Shown: one piece after another, positions 15,849 to 25,049 of the stretch
How positions within the stretch are numbered: the first letter of the stretch is position 1
Layout of the letters: each line of letters starts with the position of its first letter
Assembly: GCA_029262195.1 (NCBI GenBank)
Contig: JAJCZX010000010.1
Location: forward strand, 67,352-131,351
Reading direction: 5' to 3'
Length of the DNA: 64,000 nt
Source of the DNA: Gemmatimonadota bacterium
Lineage (GTDB): Bacteria > Gemmatimonadota > Gemmatimonadetes > Gemmatimonadales > GWC2-71-9
Made by a program: the position numbers and the translations under genes
The notes under the pieces: generated by a model
The model's input: only the letters and a program-made list of their open reading frames with translations
What the model was told of the DNA's origin: nothing
Databases searched by the model: none

Positions 15849-18302
15849 TTAGGGCGTTAATTCTTCTCTTGGAGCCGCGTCTTTTACATAGCGATTCAAC
15901 CATTCTGTCATCTCCCAGGTCATGTGCATGACCGACTCCCGCGCGCGGTAGCCGTGGCTCTCGTCGGGCAACATCACGAGGCGAGCCGTACCGCCCAGGC
16001 CCTTCATGGCAGCAAACATCCGTTCACTTTGCATGGGGAAAGTGCCAGAGTTGTTGTCAGCCTCTCCGTGTATCATCAACATTGGTTCGTCGATTTTGTC
16101 AGCATGCATAAAGGGCGACATCGCGAAATATATTTCCGGGGCCTCCCAGAACTTTCGTTCCTCGGCCTGGAAACCAAACGGCGTGAGGGTCCGGTTGTAG
16201 GCTCCGCTCCGGGCGATCCCAGCCCTGAAGAGATCTGAATGTGCCAGCAGGTTGGCAGTCATGAATGCTCCGTATGAATGTCCGCCGATGGCCACCCTAT
16301 TCGGGTCGGTCACACCACGGTCGGCCAGTAAATCGATGGCCGCGCGAGCCCCGGTGACCAGCTGGTCGATAAAAGTATCGTTGGGTTCGACGTCGCCCTC
16401 GCCAATAATCGGCAACGATGGATCATCGAACACCGCGTACCCCGCCAATACCCAGGGGATGGGTGACCACCACCCAACTCGCGTGAATTGGTACGGTGAA
16501 CCCTGCACCTGGCCTGCTGCATCAGCGCTTTTGTACTCGGTTGGATAAGCCCAGAGAATCGTTGGAAGCGGGCCATCGCGGTTTTCGTAGTCGGGGGGAA
16601 GGTAAAGCGTCCCGGTAAGCCCCACACCATCGGCTCTTGAATAGGTGATCATCTCTTTGGACACTTCGAGCATCGCGGGGTAGGGGTGCTCAATGTCGGT
16701 AATCTGGTGAAGATCACCGCTACCTAAAGTGCGAACAAAAAAGTTGGTGGGTTCGGTCTCGGATTCGCGGCTGGTCAACATCGTCATTCCATCGGAATCG
16801 AGGATGTCGATGGCGCGCTCGTAGTACGGGGCCTGAGACCTCCACAATCGTTTTGTGTTACCGGTTGCCAGTTCCAATCGATCCAGGAAAGGCCTGTCTC
16901 CTTCGGCGGATGCTCCGTTTCCAGCAAGGAAGATATGCCCGTCGTCGGAAATCCGAAGAATTGAAGTGCCCCACTCGGATCGTTCTGTCACCGGGGTTCC
17001 CGGATCGTTGTAGCGATCCTGCCAGGAGTAGTCGAACAAAGTAATGCCCGGAGCTGATGGATCATTAGGTTTGACCAGGAGCCCTTGCTGGTTTCTTGTG
17101 CGCCACCACCAGCTCCAAACCAGAGCATGTTCACCGTTGCCCCAGGTAACACCGCCGAATCGTTGAGCCAACACGACCAGCGAGGTGGGCTGCGTGTTAA
17201 AAGGCGCCTCCAGAAGGAAGACCTCGTCACGGATTTCGGCCTCCCGCATTACGTCCCCGCCGTCACGCGCCTCGGTCCACGAAAGTGTCGCGGCTGCGTC
17301 ACTGCGCCACGAAACCGACCTCGGCCCCTCAGCCACTGATCCGACTCCTATCGGAATATCGTCCGCCAGTGGGAGGTCAGCCACAGTATGGACCACGTTT
17401 CCGTTTCGGTCCCAAACTTCAATCAGATTGGGAAAACGCGACGCGGGAACCTGATAAGAAAATGGCCGATGGCGTTGTTGCACGAGGATGAAACGGCCGT
17501 CGGGAGAGGTGTTGATACTTGAAAAAATGCCCGGATCACCAAGGTGGACCAGGGCGCCGGACAACGAGACCGAAGCCAACTGAGCGGTGAAATAGTAATC
17601 AAAGAGTTCTTCGTCGTGCACGTTTTTCAACATGTCCTGGTAAGTTCGCGCGGGGGTCGCTTCGCCCAGGTTCTGTTGAATGGTAGGTCCGGTTGGCACC
17701 CCGTCATCGGCCGGTACAGCGCCTCTGCCCTCCGGAATCAACTTCACGATCAGAGTCGAGTTGTCTGCCCAGCGTAGCGATGCCCCGTAAGTGTCGTTGA
17801 CTTCGCGATTTGTCAGGCGTTCGGCGCGTCCGCTGGTAACATCTGCTTTCCAGAGTTCGATATGATCCGCTGTCGTCACCAGAAACGCGATATTAGCTCC
17901 GTCGTCCGCCCACAGAAGGTCGCTTATTCTCCCGTCGGCGGGCACACCTGTGACTGCACGCTCGGTACCATTCGTGATGTGTTTCAAGGTCAGTCCGTTG
18001 AACCACCCGCTTCGACTCGGACCATTGGTAGCAGGCTTGATTCGCACACCTGCCAGGCGCAGTTCCGGTTCTGCCAGTTCTGATATGGGAGGGAGACTCG
18101 GGCGGTGCATGAGCAACATCCAGTCCTTCCCAGGTGCGACCGAAACACCGGGAGTCGGAGGAGCATCGACGATAGCGGCCAGATTCGCCGGTGGTGTTTG
18201 GTAAACAGCGGCAGTGGTCAGGGGCTCTTGCGCCTCGAGAGCGACGGTTGCCAGGGTGATACCAAGAGCGGACGTGATGGAATACTTTATCGGGCTCTGC
18301 AT
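15849..18302 (-). CDS. S9-family serine peptidase (prolyl oligopeptidase/dipeptidyl-peptidase type) with N-terminal beta-propeller
   Basis: Nucleophile elbow GGHSYGAFM in an alpha/beta-hydrolase C-terminus. I prefer the start at the internal ATG 18302 (GGAG upstream, followed by a signal peptide MQSPIKYSITSALGITLATVALEAQ). The ORF is open to 18416. Confidence 0.9.
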   Translation of the reverse strand: MQSPIKYSITSALGITLATVALEAQEPLTTAAVYQTPPANLAAIVDAPPTPGVSVAPGKDWMLLMHRPSLPPISELAEPELRLAGVRIKPATNGPSRSGWFNGLTLKHITNGTERAVTGVPADGRISDLLWADDGANIAFLVTTADHIELWKADVTSGRAERLTNREVNDTYGASLRWADNSTLIVKLIPEGRGAVPADDGVPTGPTIQQNLGEATPARTYQDMLKNVHDEELFDYYFTAQLASVSLSGALVHLGDPGIFSSINTSPDGRFILVQQRHRPFSYQVPASRFPNLIEVWDRNGNVVHTVADLPLADDIPIGVGSVAEGPRSVSWRSDAAATLSWTEARDGGDVMREAEIRDEVFLLEAPFNTQPTSLVVLAQRFGGVTWGNGEHALVWSWWWRTRNQQGLLVKPNDPSAPGITLFDYSWQDRYNDPGTPVTERSEWGTSILRISDDGHIFLAGNGASAEGDRPFLDRLELATGNTKRLWRSQAPYYERAIDILDSDGMTMLTSRESETEPTNFFVRTLGSGDLHQITDIEHPYPAMLEVSKEMITYSRADGVGLTGTLYLPPDYENRDGPLPTILWAYPTEYKSADAAGQVQGSPYQFTRVGWWSPIPWVLAGYAVFDDPSLPIIGEGDVEPNDTFIDQLVTGARAAIDLLADRGVTDPNRVAIGGHSYGAFMTANLLAHSDLFRAGIARSGAYNRTLTPFGFQAEERKFWEAPEIYFAMSPFMHADKIDEPMLMIHGEADNNSGTFPMQSERMFAAMKGLGGTARLVMLPDESHGYRARESVMHMTWEMTEWLNRYVKDAAPREELTP

Positions 18303-18513
18303 CGGTAATTCTCCGAAGGGTTCGCGGAGAAAATATCCCGGTTTCGATGGTCCGGTAAGAGGCCGGATTACAAGGTCGTCAGGTTGGGTTGACCTGCCGG
18401 AAGTCCGACCCCCCATGTCAGGCTATCGCCCCAATGATATTGTCACAAGTCCAGGAAGGCTGTGGAGCGAAACATCATGATGCCAATCTCCGTAGATTGT
18501 CCATGTCGTCGAT

Positions 18514-20769
18514 TTGCCTAAGCGGAGTGATTCAATATCACCGGGTGGCGGACCTTTGATTTCCCAGGATCGCCGGGCACCCGAAAAACGCCCCTCCTTC
18601 AACGCAGCTAGCTGGCTTACTGCCGTAGTTGCAGTGGTGGCGGCCTGTGCGTTTGGCGCCAACCCACGCCTGGAGGCGCAGGTGCCGGGAGACACGACCA
18701 CCTACGCCAACGAACAAACCCGCGACCTGATCAATGGTGCGCGGTTGAGGCACCTGGTTCAGGACACTTTAGTAAAAAAATACAGGGCGACGATTACCTC
18801 GAGAGCCGACGGACGTTTTGCGCCCGGCGATTTCGACCGAGGGTTCCCGGCTTTCTCCCACCAGATGGCTTCGCGGATTTCATGGTCAGCTCCCAATCGT
18901 CTCAATATGGAAGTTCTTGGTAGTCGCCTCGAGTCGGCGCGAATCCCTGGTTGGAGCGATAGAGCGTGGAACGGGTTCTGGGTCGATCTCTTTTCAGCGG
19001 AGCCTTTTTTCGTACCGCGTGCTTTCAATGACAGCATTCAGATGATCGGCGTGCCGAGTACTGCTGCGCTCCATCCGCTGGCGGTTGAAGGGGAATTGTA
19101 TTACCGCTACTCGATTGTCGACACGACAACGATGGAATCTTCAATCAGAACCATCCGGGCGGTTCAGATCGAAGTCGAACCGAAGGCTGAGGGTCCAAGT
19201 TTCGTCGCTGGCAAGATCTGGGTGGACGCTGGCACATTGGACGTGGTTAGAATGGCGATCGTTTTCGTAGGTACTGAGGTGCTGGATGATGACGAAGATG
19301 AAGAGCTAGAAATGACCCATGCCGAGGCGAACCTCGAGTATGCGCTGTACGAAAACCTCGCCTGGATGCCACAGAGACAAATTATTCTGGTCGGTTGGAA
19401 GGTCCCATTAGCCGGGGGGCTGAGGCTGCGGTCGCAGATTGTAACGGAGTTTTCTGATTATGTACTCAATCCCGGCACACCATCGCTGACACCTGTCGAT
19501 GGTCCTACGATCACCCGGCGAAACCACCGCATGGCGTGGGATTGTGACGAAGTTATGATGTTCGGCGATGCCGAAAGAATTGAGGAATGTGGTTCGAGTT
19601 GGATTAGATCTTCGACTGTGGTCAACGGCATTGAATTCACCGCGACGGTTCCACCTTTGGATTCTCTGGAGGCTTTCGTATGGGAGGAACCCCTTGAGCT
19701 TGACGCTACTGCCGCTGAGAGGGATGCGGGTGATGAAGTCATTGCAGAACTTGCTCGCGTTGCCACTGACCATTACGGCCTGAGGCCGTCAACACCGGGG
19801 AAGTCGAACAGCTTGCTTACGGTGGCTCGGAAGGCTCCGCGTTTCAACCGGGTGCAGGGCCTTTCACTGGGGTGGGACGAACAAGTTACTTTTCCTGGAA
19901 CGTTCTCCTCAATCGCTGGTTCAGCGAGGTTCGGATTATCCGACAAGAGACTGCTTGCCACGGTCGCGTTTCGAAGGGATGCGCCGGAGTCGTTCCTGGA
20001 GGTTTCTGTGGGACGGAGCCTTAGGGAAACCGAACCATGGACGAACGGACAGTCCCTTGGTGCCTCAGCCAAATCCCTGTTCCTCGGTTGGGACGATGGT
20101 GACTACTTCCTCGCTGAGGGCGGGTTCGTCAGGCTTGAAGGGCGCACCGGGTTTTTCCGAAACAAGACGCTGAGGTTGGGATTTGAACGGCAGTCCAGCG
20201 TAGCCAGTTCGACCGGGTCGGTCATAAACGACGTTCTGTTCGGCGAACGGGCTTTTCAGGCCAATCCGTCGATTGCCAAGGGCGATTTCGCAGTGGGCTC
20301 GCTGGAACACAGGGATGTTAACCAACGTCGCGACATTCGAATAGGAGTCGGGGGGCAGGTCTCCGACTCACTGATTGCCGGCCGTGTTTGGGGGGCGATA
20401 GCGTTTCCTTTGTCGATTGGTGACTCTCGGATTCTGATCCGGGCCAGTGCTGGAACGGTCTTTGGCGATTCGCTCCCGCAGCTCAATTTCAGATTGGGTG
20501 GGCCGCAAACTGTCCCCGGCTTCCATTACGGATTCGGAGCGGCCGAAAGTTTTTCAGCGTTGAGCGCCGAGTGGGAGCTTGTCACCAGCGACTGGGTCGC
20601 CCCGGTACTGATCGGAGGTGTGGCAACCCCGCTTGATGAATTTGATTCGATGGTGGGGCTCGGTGTCGGGCTCGCGTTTTTCCAAAATTGGTTTCGGATC
20701 GATGTGACCGGCGGGGTGCAACCCTCAACGTCGCCTAGAGTCGATTTCTATTTCCAAATCCCCCGATAA
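18514..20769 (+). CDS. Omp85/BamA-like outer-membrane beta-barrel protein (hypothetical)
   Basis: 751 aa. The N-terminal hydrophobic stretch ends in AFGANPRLEAQ. C-terminal motifs resemble the surface-antigen barrel (NFRLGGPQTVPGFHYG; GLGVGLAFF..WFRIDV). The start is uncertain (TTG at 18514). Confidence 0.55.
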   Translation: MPKRSDSISPGGGPLISQDRRAPEKRPSFNAASWLTAVVAVVAACAFGANPRLEAQVPGDTTTYANEQTRDLINGARLRHLVQDTLVKKYRATITSRADGRFAPGDFDRGFPAFSHQMASRISWSAPNRLNMEVLGSRLESARIPGWSDRAWNGFWVDLFSAEPFFVPRAFNDSIQMIGVPSTAALHPLAVEGELYYRYSIVDTTTMESSIRTIRAVQIEVEPKAEGPSFVAGKIWVDAGTLDVVRMAIVFVGTEVLDDDEDEELEMTHAEANLEYALYENLAWMPQRQIILVGWKVPLAGGLRLRSQIVTEFSDYVLNPGTPSLTPVDGPTITRRNHRMAWDCDEVMMFGDAERIEECGSSWIRSSTVVNGIEFTATVPPLDSLEAFVWEEPLELDATAAERDAGDEVIAELARVATDHYGLRPSTPGKSNSLLTVARKAPRFNRVQGLSLGWDEQVTFPGTFSSIAGSARFGLSDKRLLATVAFRRDAPESFLEVSVGRSLRETEPWTNGQSLGASAKSLFLGWDDGDYFLAEGGFVRLEGRTGFFRNKTLRLGFERQSSVASSTGSVINDVLFGERAFQANPSIAKGDFAVGSLEHRDVNQRRDIRIGVGGQVSDSLIAGRVWGAIAFPLSIGDSRILIRASAGTVFGDSLPQLNFRLGGPQTVPGFHYGFGAAESFSALSAEWELVTSDWVAPVLIGGVATPLDEFDSMVGLGVGLAFFQNWFRIDVTGGVQPSTSPRVDFYFQIPR

Positions 20770-20798
20770 ATGCGGATCCTCTGATTTGTTGGGGTCCT

Positions 20799-20910
20799 GG
20801 GCCACAACGTGGGCATCCGGGCAACTAAAGTCGCTGGCAGGAACCTCCGTGATGCTTCAGGTATTGCCGATGGTCGATACATCTGAAAGTGAATGCTCGT
20901 AGAAAAAATA
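20799..20910 (+). repeat. conserved intergenic element, copy 1
   Basis: Aligns with 27222-27345. The 22-nt stretch CATCCGGGCAACTAAAGTCGCT is identical, followed by GGCAGGAAC and further similar sequence. It lies in a convergent intergenic region. Confidence 0.6.
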
Positions 20911-21045
20911 TTTGCGTTTCAATGGTGCGCTAGGAGGCGAACGCGAGGTCGCCAGATGGGGTGACAGGTCGGAAGCCCATTTGCGAAAGGAGTTGGTGTT
21001 TAACGATTAAGTCTGCGGAGACAAGGACGGTTACGAGTGTTCGGT

Positions 21046-22020
21046 TCATTCAATTTCGTCGTTCCGGTCGTTTGCCGGGGGCGGTGCGGGGGAAAGCAAA
21101 GAAATCGCTTTGTATTCCTCGGTAGTTAGTTTGATTTCTGCTGCTGGGAGGATCTCGTTCAACTGTTCGAGGTTCCGGGCACCGATTATTGGCGCGGTTA
21201 CCGCCGGGTGCCTGCCGGCCCAGGCGACGGCCAGAGCAGCAGGGGAGTAGCCAAGGTCCCGCGCGAGCGCTGCGAAACGCGTGGCGAGTTCGAAATTCGT
21301 CTGGCTCCCATACCTACTGGAATACATGGTGCTCTCGGCCAGCCTCCCTGATCCTTTGCCCTGTAGGTCGTATTTCCCCGTGAGTAGCCCTCCTCCGAGT
21401 GGGCTGTAACAAATCACGCCGAGACCTCGGGCCTGGGCGAGGGGTAGGATTTCGACTTCTGCTTGCCGTTTGGCGAGGTTATACATCGGCTCCAGGCACC
21501 CGACACTCCTCCAGCCATTTGCCTCCGCCCAGCCAAGGGCTAACGCGGATTGCCACGCGGAGAGGTTGCTGAGGGCTGGGTAAAGGATTTTGCCATGTTG
21601 AACGAGTATCTCGAGGCCCCGCAGTACCTCTTGGAGAGGAATTCCAGCCGGAGGACGGTGAATGAAGTAAAGGTCAATGCGGTCGGTCCGGAGGCGTTTG
21701 AGGCTCGCTTCGACTGACCGGAACATGTGGTAGACGCTAGCCCCTTGGGCGTTGGGATCGCGCCCGCTGCGATAGCCGAATTTGGAGGTGATCACGACTT
21801 CGTCGCGACACGATTGCGTCAGGTCTCCGAGAATTTGCTCGGCCCGGCCATCCCCGTACACATCCGCGCAATCGAAGAAATTCAAACCATGGTCGCGACA
21901 AGCCGAAAACATTTTCGAAGAAGTGGCCTGGTCGGTTTCCGATCCAAACGTCATCGTTCCGAAACAAAGGGGCGAGACTCGTATGCCGGTGCTGCCAAGA
22001 AATCGGAAAAAATCACTCAT
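21046..22020 (-). CDS. aldo/keto reductase
   Basis: 324 aa. LCFGTMTFG and FDCADVYGDGRAEQILG are typical AKR N-terminal motifs. Confidence 0.92.
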   Translation of the reverse strand: MSDFFRFLGSTGIRVSPLCFGTMTFGSETDQATSSKMFSACRDHGLNFFDCADVYGDGRAEQILGDLTQSCRDEVVITSKFGYRSGRDPNAQGASVYHMFRSVEASLKRLRTDRIDLYFIHRPPAGIPLQEVLRGLEILVQHGKILYPALSNLSAWQSALALGWAEANGWRSVGCLEPMYNLAKRQAEVEILPLAQARGLGVICYSPLGGGLLTGKYDLQGKGSGRLAESTMYSSRYGSQTNFELATRFAALARDLGYSPAALAVAWAGRHPAVTAPIIGARNLEQLNEILPAAEIKLTTEEYKAISLLSPAPPPANDRNDEIE

Positions 22021-22027
22021 CTGTACC

Positions 22028-22384
22028 TCACGCTACCGGTGGAGTTGCGTCTGATATGTAGGGCATTAGGGGTTCTATGCCGAGCAAACGGGCGTATACG
22101 GCAAGAGCGCCGCGGTGGTGAGCCGTATGATCCGTGATGGAGTTGACGATGGCGCAGCGCGGCAAGCCGCACATGATCCTCTTGTCTGCGATGGGAGCAA
22201 ATAATTCTTCCCTTGATGTATTTTCGATGATATTCGAAACGTTTTTGAAGGCTTTTTCCAACCCTTCATTTAATGGTTGGTTTTTGGTGGTGCCGTGGCG
22301 GTATCTATTCAAGGAAAAGTGGGTTTGCTGGTGACGTGATTCGACCGGGTTACCACAACCACACAAGTTTGGCTGAGTCTCCAC
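22028..22384 (-). CDS. DinB-family protein (start uncertain, possibly longer)
   Basis: The C-terminal HTAHHRGALAVYARLLG is characteristic of the DinB/YfiT four-helix-bundle family. Confidence 0.65.
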   Translation of the reverse strand: METQPNLCGCGNPVESRHQQTHFSLNRYRHGTTKNQPLNEGLEKAFKNVSNIIENTSREELFAPIADKRIMCGLPRCAIVNSITDHTAHHRGALAVYARLLGIEPLMPYISDATPPVA

Positions 22385-22553
22385 CTCAAAATAGTCAGCC
22401 TGTTCGAAGCTGTCTTGCGGTATTCTGTCATTTCATGCCGCAAAAACGACAATTAAATGAAAGCTCAGGTCAAGAATGCGAGGGGACCCTGGGTGCCGGG
22501 TTTTTTGGGCATTGCCGAACGAGTTTTCCTTGCTTCACGAGGTCCCCGAAAAA

Positions 22554-23360
22554 TTAGCCTTTCGATCGATCGCTCGTCGGGAGGGGACGTGAGTGCTGAA
22601 AGTACTTTCCAGGTGTGGTCCCAAGAACCCGTCTGAACATTGCGATGAACGCACTTGTGTTGTCGTAGCCGACAGCCAATCCCGCGGCCGCGACAGAATC
22701 ACCTGCCGCGATTCGTTCCAACGCGTGGAGGGTTTTGACGAGTTGCACCCAACGCCCGAATGTGAGCCCGGTCTCCTGTCGAAAGAGGCGTTCAATGGTC
22801 CTTGGGCTTGCTCCGCAACCTCTGGCCAAAAGGGAAATCGGTTGAACAGTCGATAGGTTCTCTCGGACTTTTTCTACGACCCGACGCGCGCGGGCATCTG
22901 ACGGGAAAATTATCTTGAGTTCGGTTTCGTTCCTATGAACGATCTGATCAAAGAGGACGGCGGCCAAACGTGCATGCTCCGGCACGTTATCCAGGAGCAT
23001 GCCCAACCGGGCTGATTCCAGAATCAATTCCCGCAAAAGCGGCGCGACATCCACAACGCAACACGGCGTGGATGGGTGCCGGGCTAGGTCTGGACGGAAA
23101 TAGAGTGTGCGCATCCAAACGTTGCCGGTCGTCTTTAACGAGTGTTCGAATTTGGCCGGTATCCAGACGGCTCGGTGGGATGGAACTACCCATGTACCGG
23201 CAGGTGTTTCTACGGTAACAACCCCCCGAGTGGCATATATCAACTGGTGCCAATCGTGTTTGTGCGTGCGGATTATGTGTTTGGACGGGAGCCTGACAGA
23301 TAGCGACCGCACCACTATTGATTTTTCTTCAACTTTTTCGGGTTGGCGGTTTTGCGGCAT
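22554..23360 (-). CDS. AraC-family transcriptional regulator (cupin N-domain)
   Basis: 268 aa. C-terminal double HTH (ASPRTIERLFRQETGLTFGRW…GYDNTSAFIAMFRRVLGTTPGKY). Confidence 0.9.
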   Translation of the reverse strand: MPQNRQPEKVEEKSIVVRSLSVRLPSKHIIRTHKHDWHQLIYATRGVVTVETPAGTWVVPSHRAVWIPAKFEHSLKTTGNVWMRTLYFRPDLARHPSTPCCVVDVAPLLRELILESARLGMLLDNVPEHARLAAVLFDQIVHRNETELKIIFPSDARARRVVEKVRENLSTVQPISLLARGCGASPRTIERLFRQETGLTFGRWVQLVKTLHALERIAAGDSVAAAGLAVGYDNTSAFIAMFRRVLGTTPGKYFQHSRPLPTSDRSKG

Positions 23361-23438
23361 ATGTTGTCAGAATACTGCAAGACAGCATAAACCGATAGGG
23401 CTATTTTGAAGCCCTAACCAACTAACCCGGAGATCGAA

Positions 23439-23813
23439 ATGCCCAACCCCGTAGCTCACTTCGCCATCCACGCCGACGATTGCCAGCGAGCAAAAACATT
23501 TTATGAGAAGGTCTTTGAATGGAATTTCGAACCATGGGGTCCGCCAAATTTTTGGAGGATCATTACGGGGTCGGGCGACATCCACGGGGCTCTTCAAGAA
23601 CGTCGCGAACCGGTTACTGGAGGAGGACTAATCGGTTACGAGTGTTCGATTGCGGTGGATGACGTCCATGCTATCGCGAAAGCAATAGAACAACACGGCG
23701 GCAAGGTAACGCAACAGCCATTTTTGATTGAGAATGTGGGCACACTAATAATGTTCAGGGACACCGAGGGCAACGTTGCCGGGGCTATGCAGTTTGTTGA
23801 AGGTGTGCAATGA
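23439..23813 (+). CDS. VOC/glyoxalase-family protein
   Basis: 124 aa. VAHFAIHADDCQRAKTFYEKVFEW is typical of the VOC fold. Divergent from the AraC gene. Confidence 0.85.
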   Translation: MPNPVAHFAIHADDCQRAKTFYEKVFEWNFEPWGPPNFWRIITGSGDIHGALQERREPVTGGGLIGYECSIAVDDVHAIAKAIEQHGGKVTQQPFLIENVGTLIMFRDTEGNVAGAMQFVEGVQ

Positions 23814-23871
23814 AAGCCGTCTTTGCCGAGTCAGGCATATGCGGTCGCCAGGGCGCAAAGGAGATATCGTG

Positions 23872-24051
23872 ATGATATCCCGGTTGATAGTGGCCAAGTT
23901 CGCGTCTGTTCTTGCAATCGTTTTCTTGACACAATTGTCCATTCAACACCTGCTGTTCGGCCATCCGGTCGGACGCTCCGTCATTGAAGCCGTGATTTGG
24001 TCCGGTATTGCGGCGACTATTCTAATGAAGAAACGGATGTTTAGCTTGTGA
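23872..24051 (+). CDS. small membrane protein (2 TM)
   Basis: AAGGAG (23858-23863) lies 5-8 nt upstream of GTG 23869 / ATG 23872. The ~59-aa product has two hydrophobic helices. Confidence 0.5.
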   Translation: MISRLIVAKFASVLAIVFLTQLSIQHLLFGHPVGRSVIEAVIWSGIAATILMKKRMFSL

Positions 24052-24092
24052 TTCCGAGGATTTAAAAGGGATCGGGACGCACGATCACCAGC

Positions 24093-24776
24093 TCACCAAT
24101 CCATAGTGACGATAAAATTTTCTCCTCTCGAGGATAACCGCACTCCACGTCCATCGCCGTATCGTGAGGCAAGGCGCAAGACAAACATTCGGTCAAGCAC
24201 AGCCGCGCCAAGGGCTCCGGCCAGGTGGACTCTGCGTTCACTCCAATCGAGGCACAGCCGACACATCGGGCGGCGGCCCTTTCGCATGCTGGCGAGATCC
24301 ACCCCTAATCGCTCGCACCAGGTTTCTCCAAATTTTGTGAGTACAAGCTTTTTGTCGGTGCCACGAACGATCCGTTGTTTGCGGAGTCGGTCCAGAAGGA
24401 GCACTCCCATCTCTCCAGCGAGATGGTCATAACAAATCCGAGCCCTCCGCAGGCCCTCTTCTCGCGGGCCCGGCAACGTCGTCTTCGGGCGGTTGGTTGG
24501 AGGAGCGATCACCATGAGTGACTCGATCGCGGTCGCCACTTTGGCATCGGCGATGCGGAAATATCTGTGCCTTCCCTGCCTGACGATCGTCAACAGTTTC
24601 GCGGCCACGAGGCGGGAAAGGTGGGAACTGGCGGTGGACGGAGTCACCTCTCCTTCGAGTGCCAATTCGGTTGCGGTACGTGCCTGTCCGTCCATTAAGA
24701 CAGAAAGCATCCTCGTGCGGGTCTGGTGTCCGATCAGAGTGGCCACCGAGGAGATGTCTGGTGTCTCGTCGTGCAT
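24093..24776 (-). CDS. ArsR/SmtB-type winged-helix transcriptional regulator with C-terminal extension
   Basis: 227 aa. The N-terminal segment LIGHQTRTRMLSVLMDGQARTATELALEGEVTPSTASSHLSRLVAAKLL is an ArsR-type HTH. Confidence 0.8.
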   Translation of the reverse strand: MHDETPDISSVATLIGHQTRTRMLSVLMDGQARTATELALEGEVTPSTASSHLSRLVAAKLLTIVRQGRHRYFRIADAKVATAIESLMVIAPPTNRPKTTLPGPREEGLRRARICYDHLAGEMGVLLLDRLRKQRIVRGTDKKLVLTKFGETWCERLGVDLASMRKGRRPMCRLCLDWSERRVHLAGALGAAVLDRMFVLRLASRYGDGRGVRLSSRGENFIVTMDW

Positions 24777-24811
24777 ACTTTGAGAATAATCAAAGTATGC
24801 ACGTTGGCCAA
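24774..24811 (-). promoter_or_regulatory. putative promoter/operator of the ArsR-type gene (leaderless layout)
   Basis: Perfect inverted repeat CATACTTTGA-gaataa-TCAAAGTATG (24774-24799) that includes the start codon. The minus strand reads TTGGCC, 17 nt, TATTCT, 6 nt, ATG. Confidence 0.45.
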
Positions 24812-25049
24812 CCGTTATTATTTGAACGGTCCCCCCCCCGATCAGACCAACCTTCTCCGTTTGCTGGTCGGTTTGGGCTCAAGTTGCCGTGGAGTGGGTG
24901 CCTCGCACACTTTGGTCGTGATCAAAGCATAGAACGGCTGGGAAACATATTTTTCATCCACTTGCAGTTGGGCAGTGAGCCCAATTTTCGGCCTGCGTTT
25001 CTGGATACAGTTCGACCTTAAATTCCCAACGATTTTCCCGAAAAGAGGA

